This document shows, piece by piece, positions 52,985-64,000 of a stretch of DNA of 64,000 nt. Made by a program: the position numbers and the translations under genes. Positions within the stretch are counted from its first letter, which is position 1, and each line of letters begins with the position of its first letter. The notes beneath the pieces are model-generated. The model saw nothing but the letters and a program-made list of their open reading frames with translations. It was not told the origin of the DNA and made no database searches. The stretch lies in contig OX597837.1 of assembly GCA_951406725.2 (NCBI GenBank), positions 7,564,001 through 7,628,000 on the forward strand, in the 5' to 3' direction. Origin of the DNA: Octopus vulgaris. Taxonomy: Eukaryota.

Positions 52985-54188
52985 AAACTTTTTCTTACTA
53001 ATATTTCTACTAAAATACATGCCTTTTTTTTTTTTTTTTTTTTTCAATTAATTAGGACTATAACGAAGAATTTACTAAAATAACTTTGTCATCTCGAAGC
53101 TAATGTCAAAATGTAAATTGACATGGAATTTCAATGGAAGGTTTAATTTTGATGATTTTAACACTTTTGCTAGTATATTTCTGTTGAAAATACACTGCCT
53201 ATTTTCCCTCCCATCCCTGCACATTTAATTTTTAAAATAACGAAGAATTTAGTAAAATAACCTCATCGTTATCAAGCTGATGTTCAAATAAATGTGAAAT
53301 ATCGATGGAGGGTTTTTCGATCACTTTAACTCTTTTTACAATATTTCTGTAGAAATACACGGTTTTTATTATTATTTTCATTCAATTAAGAATAAAATTA
53401 ACGAAGAATTTAGAACAATAACTGTCATCATTTAGCTGGTGTTTGGAACACGAAAATTTCGAAGGAAAAGTTTTAATGTTGATCACTTTAAATCTTTAGT
53501 TACTATAAATCTATCGAAATGCACGGCTTTTATTTCTATTAATTTCAAAAATGAAGAAGAATTTAACCCTTTCGTTACTGTATTTATTTTGAGATGCTCT
53601 GAGTTTCTCTCAATTACTTTAAATATAACAAAGAATTTAGTAAAATAACTTAGTTATCATTAAGCTAGTGGTAGGAACATAAATTGTGACTAAGGTTTGG
53701 TGGAAGATTTTAATTCAAAACTTATGAAAACAAGACATTTGTACTCAGAACCAGAGCCGGTTTCAGCCAGGTTAGTAACAAAAGGGTTAAGAATTGTTTC
53801 TCTATTATATATTTTAACCCTTTTGTAACCATATTTCTGCAGAGATGCTCTGTGTTTCTTTCAATTACTTTAAATATAACAAAGAATTTAGTAAAATAAC
53901 CTCTTTGTTATCATTCAGCTAGTGTTAGGAACATAAACTGTGACTAAGTTTTGGTGGAAGATTTTAATTCAAAGCTTATGAAAACAAGACGCTTGTACGA
54001 CAGAGCCAGAGCCGGTTTCAGCCGGGTTGGTAACAAAAGGGTTAATGAAATGACTTTGTTAAGCTGGTGTTTGAAATATAATTTACTACGAAATTTGATA
54101 GGAGATTTTAATTTAGATCACTTTAGAAGAAAAAGTTTCTATCACAGACCTAGGAGCCATCATAGATAGGTTGGTATCAAAAAGGTTA
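52985..54188. mobile_element. Cluster of family F piggyBac-type MITEs: young copies 53563-53790 and 53814-54045 inside older tandem copies
   Basis: TTAA-CCC...GGG-TTAA termini on the young copies; the diverged motif gaagaatttagtaaaataac recurs about every 170 bp. Confidence 0.8.
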
Positions 54189-54729
54189 AAAATATGTATT
54201 TTAAAGGGAGTGAGGAAAATATGTCAGAAGCGAGATAAAATGATTTGAAGCGCTTCAAAAATTCTTCTCTTTTTATTTTTCTTGAATGCCAAAATTATAA
54301 TCTGGAAATGCTTTTCTGCAAAATTTCATTAAAAATATGAGATTTTTTTGGGTTTATTTTTAATTTCAGAAAGTTATGAGGAAACTGATTCAAAAGGGGA
54401 GGGCACCAAACTGTAGTCATACCATAAATTTGTCATTCTACTGAAAGTCACAAGATGTCTACCGATTCTTCTACCTCTTTTGGTAGAATTTTAGAATATT
54501 ATACTAGAGAGTGAGAAAACTAGAGATTTGTAGAATATTATATTTATTTATTGGAAGCAAGTAATATTTTTTGCTAGAACTCAGACATGATTTACAATGG
54601 ATGTTGTTTTTCAGGCAGTCCAGCAACAATTTTTGCTGTTGCCTGAAGAACTGAATGTAGTGGGGAAACTCCGAGTATATGCAGATTGAATCACATACAT
54701 ACATATATATATATATATATACACACACA

Positions 54730-54804
54730 CAGACACACACACACAGGTAGAAAGATAGACAGACAGACAGATAGAGATAGATAGATAGACAGACAGATAG
54801 ATAT

Positions 54805-54835
<31 letters not shown>

Positions 54836-54876
54836 TACAGACAGACAGACAGACAGATAGAGATAGATAGACATAG

Positions 54877-54915
<39 letters not shown>

Positions 54916-54950
54916 TAGACAGATAGAGATAGATAGATAGACAGATAGAC

Positions 54951-54989
<39 letters not shown>

Positions 54990-55015
54990 AAGAAAGAGAG
55001 ACAGATAGATAATAT
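54730..55015. repeat. (GATA/GACA)n microsatellite
   Basis: Directly visible. Confidence 0.9.
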
Positions 55016-55509
55016 ATGTATTTATATTATACTTAAACAAGAGGGATGACAGCAACTTCAAAATTTCGTACTGCTAATCTATGTCAGACTGCCTAGCAGG
55101 CCAAAACTTCGAAGTCCCTATCACTCTTCTTGTAAAAGTTTAAGAAATATTAACTCTACAGAAAATATTGAATAATTCTACAGTTTAATGTGAAACTGTA
55201 TTTAATACAACTTGACATAAAAACAAACCATTATGATTGTACGAATGTGTTCTTAAGAGTGTTTTATCCAACAGAGCCAAACTTTGCAGGAGTACTGCCT
55301 CTGTATTAAAGTTGTGTGTGTGTGTGTGTGTGTGAGGGAGAGAGAGAGAGAGTTATGTTAAATCTAATAGAATGATTTGAATACAAGAATTTAGATCAAT
55401 GTCAAGAACAGGTGACAATTTCAATAACTCATACTCTGAGTTTTGCACACTCATTTTTCAGATAACCCCACCATCGGTGGCAAATCCAAAAAACATTAGT
55501 AAAATGCCT

Positions 55510-55805
55510 GTCTCTATACGATCTATATATACAAACATATATATGTGTGTGTGTATGGATAGATAAAATATGTATGTGTATGTATATATATATCGCATCA
55601 TGAAAATTTTCCAAAAACAATTATCGAAAAACAGTCTCTATATGATCTATATATATACAAACATATATATGTGTGTGTGTATGTGTGTATAAGGTATGTA
55701 TGTGTATTTGTATGGATAGATAAAGTATGTATGTGTATGTATATATATATATATATATTGTATCGGGAAAAATTTTCCAAAAACAATTATTCAAAAAACA
55801 GTCAT
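55510..55805. repeat. Local tandem duplication (about 125-170 bp units)
   Basis: gtctctata.gatctatatatacaaac...aaaattttccaaaaacaattat repeated twice. Confidence 0.8.
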
Positions 55806-56272
55806 ACGAAATATCATTGGTGTATTTAATTTTTAATTTTATCATTTTTGTTTAAATGAAATAAAAAATTTAGAATAATTAACATTTTGTATAATTGTAC
55901 TTTTGAATAATTTTCATTCTTACAATTTTCCATTCGAATAAGTGTTTTTTGAATAATTATTTTTGAACACTGTTCACATAATTTTATATATATATACATA
56001 TATATGGCACTAGTTCATTCTGTTACAGTAGCGAGTGGGTTCTTACACACACAAATCAAAGACTTCTGCAAACTATGATAGTTTGAGGATGAGAGAAAGA
56101 GAATGAAAAAAAATAATTTTCCCTTTTTTTTTAATTCACCATTCCAACAAATTTTCTGATTAAAAATATTACTTCAGATTTTCAGCAAAAATTTAGATCA
56201 CAGATAATTAACAAGCAAACTAACAAACGCATCAAAAATATAATTAAAACAAAATATTAAACTAATTGAGAA

Positions 56273-56311
<39 letters not shown>

Positions 56312-57292
56312 TTAGGGAGTAAATCCAAACTTTTTGCCTAATAATGATTTTACATTTAATTTAATTTATATATATATATATATATATATCAATAACTGTT
56401 AACGAAAATATGAGAACATAATTATATACGTATGCCTACTTAATTAATCAAATCAATCAACTTAATTATTAAATAATTAATACATTACCAGAGATTTTGG
56501 TATCTGTGCCGGCCACATATTTTCAATTTGTTTATTTGTGTGTGTTTGCGATATTTTATAGATTTTTTTTTTAAATCTTGTTTGTAGAGTGAAGAAATTT
56601 GTAAGAATGTATCAAATTTTTTTTTTTTGCAATATATAAATTCTTTTGGTAAGAATATCAGAACCACAACAAACCAGATCAAAGCTTAATGTGTATGTAT
56701 CTATATGATATATAGATATATATATCTATATATACACATAGATATATATTTAAATATATATATATTAAATATATATATATATATTTAAATATATATATAT
56801 ATATTCAAATATATATATTTAAATATATATATGTATGCGTATCAAAGAGGAAGGACAATGATAATATTAATAATAAATAATAACGATTAATAATATCAAC
56901 TTGTACGAGAAAAGAGAGATGCTTGTATGCCGCCTTTCAAAGGAATGGAAAAAATATTTTCAATTTCTTTTGCGAAATGAAAAAAACTTTTCTTTTTTTG
57001 TTAAGCGAGAAGTTAAAATATTACATGTACACCTCCAAAAAATGCCAAAATCTGTTGTTTTGTTTTGTTTTGGTTCTGTTAGAATAAAATAAAATGGTTA
57101 ATCCCAAAAAGTTCTTGGAGAATGAAGTTTCCCTTTCCTTTCGGGGTCTTTCTTTTTCTTTTCTTTCTTTTCTCTTTTTCTTGAGAAAAAGAAAATAGGT
57201 GTAAATGTTTTGTGGGGTGGGATGGTTAAGAATTATCAAAGTCTGCAAGTAGAGGAACTAAACTAGACTTTCTCATCAAGAAAGACTAATGC

Positions 57293-57304
57293 CAAAATGG
57301 CGGC
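57293..57304 (+). promoter_or_regulatory. YY1/Pho-type motif
   Basis: CAAAATGGCGGC exact match to the extended YY1 consensus, in non-repeat AT-rich DNA. Confidence 0.4.
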
Positions 57305-57981
57305 AAGAACTCTTGAGAGAAAAATGTGTGTATGTGTGAATGCGAAAGTGTATGTGCATATATATATAAGTATATATATGTAGGTATATAATATATTTAT
57401 AGGTATGAATGTTGGTATGTATATGTATATATATATATATATGTATGTATATATATATATGTATATATATATAGACATACACACACACAGATAAAGTTGG
57501 GCTGAAGTCAGATGTTATGAGGATTTATATTGGTTAGAATTAAAGTCATCAATGTCTTGAAGAAAAAAACAGAAAACCAAAAAAAACAGAAAAAAGATAT
57601 AAACAAAAAAAAAGCAAAAATCTTCTACTGACAGTTATTCCTTCCTTTCTTCCTTTCTTCCTCTTATTTTATTTCAGTTTGTAAGAAAGATAAGCAGAGG
57701 TGGGGAATTCTTAGTTTTGGGCTAAGAGAGAGCTAAGATAGTAAGGTGTGTGTGTGAGCGTGTGGGGGTGTTCGTTCTGTCTTTGGTTTTTTTTGTTTTT
57801 TTTTTGGAAGAAGGAGAAAGTAGTGGTAGAGGGGAGGGGTACTGCCTGGGTTTTCATTCTAACTTTGTTTCCTCACACACACATACACACACTCTTGCTG
57901 TCACTCCCTCTCTTTCGCTTCTAGTCTTCATGTGTTTTTTTTTTACATTCTTTCCCTCCTTTACCATTATTGAAACTCTGT

Positions 57982-58041
<60 letters not shown>

Positions 58042-58209
58042 TTTGCTCTCTCTCACAGGATGGCACTATATACCTATCTATTTATCTATGTACCTACCTA
58101 TCTGTCTATCTATCTCTCTATCTATCTCTCTACTTACCTAATTCTACCATCTATATGTGTATCTATCTACATGTATCTACCTACCATTATCTATCTATCA
58201 ATCTCTACC

Positions 58210-58225
58210 TACCTACCTACCTACA

Positions 58226-58259
<34 letters not shown>

Positions 58260-58648
58260 AATATACATATACATAAATATACATATATATATATATATAT
58301 ATAAATATACACATATATATATATATAAATATACATATACATATATATATATATAAATATATATAAATATACATATACATATATATATATATAAATATAT
58401 ATATATAAATATATATATATACATATATATACATATATATACACACATATAAATATATATATACATATATATACACATACACACATATAAATATATATAT
58501 ACATATATATACATATATATACATACATATAAATATATATATACATATATATACATATATATACATACATATAAATATATATATATACATATATATACAT
58601 ATATATACATACATATAAATATATATATATACATATATATACATATAT

Positions 58649-58679
<31 letters not shown>

Positions 58680-58703
58680 CATACATATATATATACATAC
58701 ATA

Positions 58704-58753
<50 letters not shown>

Positions 58754-58770
58754 ATATACACATACATATA
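58210..58770. repeat. Compound (TA)n/(TACA)n micro/minisatellite
   Basis: Directly visible. Confidence 0.95.
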
Positions 58771-58949
58771 TCACAAATCTTTCTCTGTTTGCTCATCACT
58801 TCTTCCTTTCTCTTTCTCTCTGCTAAACAAGAAAGTTCTTTCTCAAACTTTCTAAACTTTCTTGCTGCCTGACAATCACCACCATCACTACTACTACTAC
58901 CACCACCACCATCATCATCACCACCCTGGCCTCATCATTCCCATCAATA

Positions 58950-59140
58950 CATCATCATCATCGTTTAACATCCATTTCCCATTCTGGCAAGGGTTCGACC
59001 GGGATCTGGGAAGCCAGAAGGCTGCACCAGGCTCCAATCTGATCTGGTAAAGTTTCTACAGCTGGATGCCCTTCCTAACGCCAACCACTCTGAGAGTGTA
59101 GTGGGTTCTCTTTACATGCCACCAGCACAGGGGCCAGAGG
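58950..59140 (-). mobile_element. RTE 3' end (family C)
   Basis: Family C reverse complement. Confidence 0.8.
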
Positions 59141-59158
59141 GGGCTTGCATTCCTCCAC

Positions 59159-59250
<92 letters not shown>

Positions 59251-59252
<2 letters not shown>

Positions 59253-59466
59253 TCTCTTTTACTTGTTTCAGTCATTTGACTGTGGCCATGCTGGAGCATG
59301 ACCTTTAGTCGAGCAAATCGACCACCCAGGACTTATTATTTGTAAGCCTAGTACTTATTCTATTGGTTTCTTTTGCTGAACCACTAAGTTATGGGGATGT
59401 AAACACACCAGCATCAGTTGTCAAGTGATGGTTGGCAGGGAGGGGAGAACAAACACAGACACACAA

Positions 59467-59468
<2 letters not shown>
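59251..59468 (-). mobile_element. SINE-A 3' half
   Basis: Family A reverse complement. Confidence 0.85.
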
Positions 59469-59508
<40 letters not shown>

Positions 59509-59693
59509 GACAGGCAAGCTTCTTACCACACAGCAACAGACCAAGAAAATAGAATGCTAATTTAGTCAACCTGCTCCCCACTCCACCCCACCACCTATTT
59601 TTGTCCACTTCATTTTTATATTTTGATTATAACTGTAATTTATCTGTCACTGTATCTTTTGAATTAGTTTTGTTAGTAAAATAATTTAAACAA

Positions 59694-59794
59694 TCACCTG
59701 AAGAAGTGCATTTATCACTTTGTATGGATGATAATTACACTACACCACACCAATGTACTACAGGTGTAAAAAGGTGTCGAAACAATTGTAGTGA
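59694..59794 (+). ncRNA. Type I hammerhead-like motif with a long stem II insert, followed by AATAAA
   Basis: TCAC CTGAAGA [74 nt] GAAACAATTGTA GTGA; stem I TCAC/GTGA, palindromic stem III ACAATTGT, GUA site. Confidence 0.55.
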
Positions 59795-59837
59795 ATTTGA
59801 ATAAAGACTTGAGTTCATTCCATTTTCTTTCTTTCTA

Positions 59838-59880
<43 letters not shown>

Positions 59881-60077
59881 AATTTGAATAAACAAACAAG
59901 TCAAATAAACAAATAAAAACAAACAATATGAAGATGTGCATAAGAAATGCCTTAACTTGACACTTGGATAGATAGATAAGTAGATAGATAGATAGTCACA
60001 GACAGACAGAGAAAGAGAGAGATTTATTTTCAATTTGATGTGGTCAACCCACTGAAATTTCATTACAAAGCATTTTT

Positions 60078-60188
<111 letters not shown>

Positions 60189-60839
60189 CAGATAGATAGA
60201 TGGATAGTTACTGCATGCAGACGTAGCAATGTGGCTACTCCATTTAAACTGAATTTTATTGCGAGACTTTTCTTAATCTCGAAACCACTGGCACCATCCC
60301 GTATTCACTGGTTTACTGGTGGTGCTCCACCATGGCCACAGCCTAAGGGCTGAGACATGTAAAAGAATAAGAGAACATGTATATATACACAAAAACACAT
60401 ATATATAAAATGCTATTTACTTGTCCCCCTACCTTATTAAGAATCATAACTGTACCGTTAATTCTTGCAGGTAGAGTAGCAGCTGAAAAGACTATCCCCC
60501 TCCTGGGCTCCCAAGAGATAAGGTGGATAATTAAAGGAAGATAAAAGGATATGCACAGTGGGGGGGAAGGGCTGAGTGGTGGTACGAGAATCAGGAAGAG
60601 AACAACAAATAGTTAAGCATCAAAGAAATGGTATGAGAAAGAGAGAGAGAGAGAGAGGAGGTAGATGTGTATGTATATAATATATATGCTCGACAGACGC
60701 GAAGGAATTCCTGAAGCAAATCCAGTGGGATGTATCTTTGCACTGTTGATGACATCAGGTAGCTGAATACGGTGGGAATGCTTTGAATGGAATACTACCA
60801 GGTGTATACCCACATATAAAATTATTACTTATGTATGTA

Positions 60840-61075
60840 TCATCATCATCGTCGTCATTTAACATCCGTTTTCCGCGCTAGCACGGGTTGGACGGTTCGA
60901 CCGGGATCTGGGAAGCCAGGAGGCTGCACCAGGCTCCAGTCTTATCTGGCAGTGTTTCTACAGCTGGATGATGCCCTTCCTAACGCCAACCACTCCGTGA
61001 GTGTAGTGGGTGCTTTTTACGTGCCACCGGCACAGGTGCCAGGGGAGTCTGGCAGCGGCCACGATCAGTTGGTGT
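60840..61075 (-). mobile_element. RTE 3' end (family C)
   Basis: Family C reverse complement. Confidence 0.85.
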
Positions 61076-61360
61076 GTATGAATGTATGTATGTATGTATA
61101 TGTGTGTGTGTGTGTGTGTGTGGTATATTGGGGTCGACAGTCACCAGATGCTGGCTTAGGTGAACACCATACTAGGGCCGAAAGTTCCACAGAGTGACGC
61201 AAATCCTAAGTCCTACTCCGACCTCCTCGTGGTACCACCTGAGTCTAAACCAACAGGAGAGGATGGCTGTGGGTTTCTGGTGCAGTATAACCAGGCAGCC
61301 CTGATCAGATGGGGCTCGTTAATCATGATTGGCAGCCTCCAGAATAAAATAAAATATATA

Positions 61361-61529
61361 GGCGCAGGAGTGGCTGTGTGGTAAGTAGTTTGCTTACCAA
61401 CCACATGGTTCACGGGTTCAGTCCCACTGCGTGGCACCTTGGGAAAGTGTCATCTACTATAGCCTCTGCAGACCAAAGCCTTGTGAGTGGATTTGGTAGA
61501 CGGAAACTGAAAGAAGCCCGTCGTATATA

Positions 61530-61561
<32 letters not shown>

Positions 61562-61769
61562 CGTATATGTTTGTGTCTGTTTGTCCCCCCACCATCACTT
61601 GACAACCGATGCTGGTGTGTTTACGTCCCCGTCACTTAGCGGTTAGGCAAAAAGTGACGGATAGAATAAGTACTGGGCTTACAAAGAATAAGTCCTCGGG
61701 GTCGATTTGCTCGACTAAAGGTGGTGCTCCAGCATGGCCACAATCAAATGACTGAAACAAGTAGAAGAG
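61361..61769 (+). mobile_element. Full-length SINE-A
   Basis: Family A sequence. Confidence 0.9.
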
Positions 61770-61784
61770 TATTACATTCAGAAT

Positions 61785-62160
61785 AGTTAGTTAGTTAATT
61801 TTTTGGCTCAAAAAGCAAAAAGCAAGGCCATGTAGTGGAACATGGAGTTATGTACAGGGTGGTGTTCATGTAAAGAGTTCAGGCCATTTCTGGTCAAGAG
61901 AGACTTTGAACCGAGCGGTCGTCGGCATCTTCACTATCTCGTCTGGCAGCTTATTCCACGGAACCACAACCCGGACGGATAAAGCCCCTCTCCTTCGATT
62001 GAGATGAAATCATCGCAGATAGAGATTTTTGGAGTGACCCCGCAGCCGACACTCTGGAGCAGGAGTGAAGAACAGCTCTTTCGAGAGGTTACACTTTCCG
62101 CTTATGATGTTGTGGGCAAGAATGAGATCACCACGGCGTCATTGTTTTTCTAGAGAATAA
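61785..62160 (-). pseudogene. CR1/L2-type LINE ORF2 C-terminus, 3' UTR and (TAAC)n tail
   Basis: YSLEKQ*RRGDLILAHNII...RLRGHSK / ...SVRVVVPWNKLPDEIV...FKVSLDQKW; matches RR.RGDLI, RGHS.KL and RV...WN.LP. Confidence 0.85.
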
Positions 62161-62413
62161 TCTGAAGGCCAGAAGGATTAAGTAAAAGGAAAGGTTTGTG
62201 GGTTGGAGATAAAAGAACAGCCCTGGGTATGTGTTCCTGCCTCAATAAGCCTCATAAGCATGACAAATGTCCAATTTTATTGCCAGTAGCCAAAAGGACA
62301 ACTTGCCCTATACATAAACCCCACACAGAATGTAGAGGATGTCCTAGAAGTAGCAGTGAAATATGTTTAACAACTGTAGAACCTGACAGACTTACAGAAA
62401 CACATCTGGAAGC

Positions 62414-62462
<49 letters not shown>

Positions 62463-62851
62463 AGCCACACAGACAGGAGGTGGGGATAGATAAGCAGTGA
62501 GGAATTGAGAAAGCTATAAAAAATAAACAGGAGGTGGGTAGCCCCCACCCTCACCAAGACAAAAGTTTTAGAGTTTTGGAGAGAGAGGGTGGGAGGTAGC
62601 CGAGATACAGAGGCGGAGAGAAGGAGACAGAAGGAGAGGCGCAACAGGAGGAAAACAGAGAGGGTAAGACAGTGAAAGCAGGAGAGAGAGAGAGAGAGTG
62701 AGAGAGAGAAAAGGAAAGGGATAGAGAGACAGAGAGAGGGGGGCAAAAGGAAGCTTGCTGGAATAGCTGAAATTTGATCTTATCAAGATTTTGTTTTCAT
62801 TGCCCACTCTTCTCTCTACAAACTTTTTTCTCTCAAAGTGTGTGCGTATAT

Positions 62852-62904
<53 letters not shown>

Positions 62905-62916
62905 CATATATATATA

Positions 62917-62948
62917 CATACTTTGTACAAAAAGATACCCCTTATATA

Positions 62949-62984
<36 letters not shown>

Positions 62985-63095
62985 CATATATATATACATA
63001 CTTTGTACAAAAAAATACCCCCCTTATATATATATGTATATATATATATATATATATACATACTTTGTACAAAAAGATATCCCTCTTATACATAC
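62917..63095. repeat. Three tandem units of catactttgtacaaaaagatacccct+(TA)n
   Basis: Directly visible at about 62917, 62997 and 63059. Confidence 0.85.
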
Positions 63096-63107
63096 AAGGG
63101 GTAGCTT

Positions 63108-63235
63108 GAGGTCGACTTTGCCTTTCATCCTTTTGGGGTCGATAAATTAAGTACCAGTTTCGCACTGGGGATCGATGTAATCCCTTTGATTGTCCTTGTT
63201 TGTCCTCTCTGTTTAGCCCCTTGTGGGTAGTAAAG

Positions 63236-63240
<5 letters not shown>
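63108..63240 (+). mobile_element. SINE-B 3' half
   Basis: gaggtcgactttgcctttcatcc...gtgggtagtaaagaaata. Confidence 0.85.
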
Positions 63241-63290
<50 letters not shown>

Positions 63291-63940
63291 CTCCCTTACA
63301 CACAGTAAATCTCTTTCTCTTATATTCTTTCCCACACATTCACACACACTCTCCCTCTCTCTCTCCCTCTCCCTCTCTCTCTCCCTCTCTCTTTCATTAT
63401 GTCTCCTTCTTACTGTATCTTTTTTACTATATCTCTCTCTCATACACACTACATACCTCTCTCTCTCTCTCTCTCTTATACTATCCCTCTCTTTCAAACA
63501 TCACATCTCTCTTTTATATGATCTCTCTATCTCTATTATACAATGTCTCCCCTTCTCTCTCTCTGTATCACTCTTTCTCATTCTGTCCTCTCTCCTCCCC
63601 TTATCACTGTATCACTCTTTTTCTCCTCCTCACACTGCACCTCTTATACGATCCTTCTCTCTCAATTTCTCTCCCTCTCTCTCTCATCACAGTTATCTCT
63701 GCCTTTCTACCTCTTCCGCCTCTCTGCCATTCCTCAGCCTCCTCTTCCTTGGTGCCATGTGGACCAAATTTCTCACTGCTCCAAGAACACACGTCAAAAT
63801 CTGAAGTACTTGTGCTGCTGCTACAGACTTGGCAGTCAGGAAGATTTGGGGTGGGTGGATGGATGGGGTAGGTGGGAGGAGGTGAGAAGAGCAGAGAAGA
63901 CCAAGGGTGGAAGCTGGCAATACAAAACCTTCCACATCCC

Positions 63941-63977
<37 letters not shown>

Positions 63978-64000
63978 CACACATATATACACACACATAC

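Overview
AT-rich animal (eukaryotic) genomic DNA that is almost entirely non-coding. The repeat repertoire and microsatellite load look like a coleoid cephalopod, most likely Octopus; this is recognition from memory, not a database result. No intact protein-coding gene, rRNA, true tRNA or CRISPR array can be supported, and nearly all supplied ORFs are translations of (TA)n/(CA)n/(TCTA)n/(GGAA)n/(GAT)n microsatellites or SINEs. The window contains >20 copies of a tRNA-derived SINE (family A), about 12 of a second (family B), about 15 5'-truncated RTE-LINE 3' ends, and decayed ORF fragments of R4/Dong-, Hero-, CR1/L2- and RTE-type LINEs. It also holds a TIR-complete but internally deleted mariner with nested insertions, piggyBac-type and hAT-type MITEs and a non-autonomous Helitron. 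Most notable: (1) about a dozen hammerhead-ribozyme-like motifs from several short Penelope-like families, some in fold-back arrangements, including an element with a tRNA-like Pol III head and a hammerhead-like tail; (2) a consensus-matching recursive splice site (polypyrimidine-TAG|GTAAGT plus a downstream donor) on the minus strand, suggesting the window is part of a very long intron; (3) several RFX X-box-like motifs and a YY1 motif in non-repeat DNA. Repeat boundaries were read by eye and are approximate (tens of bp).
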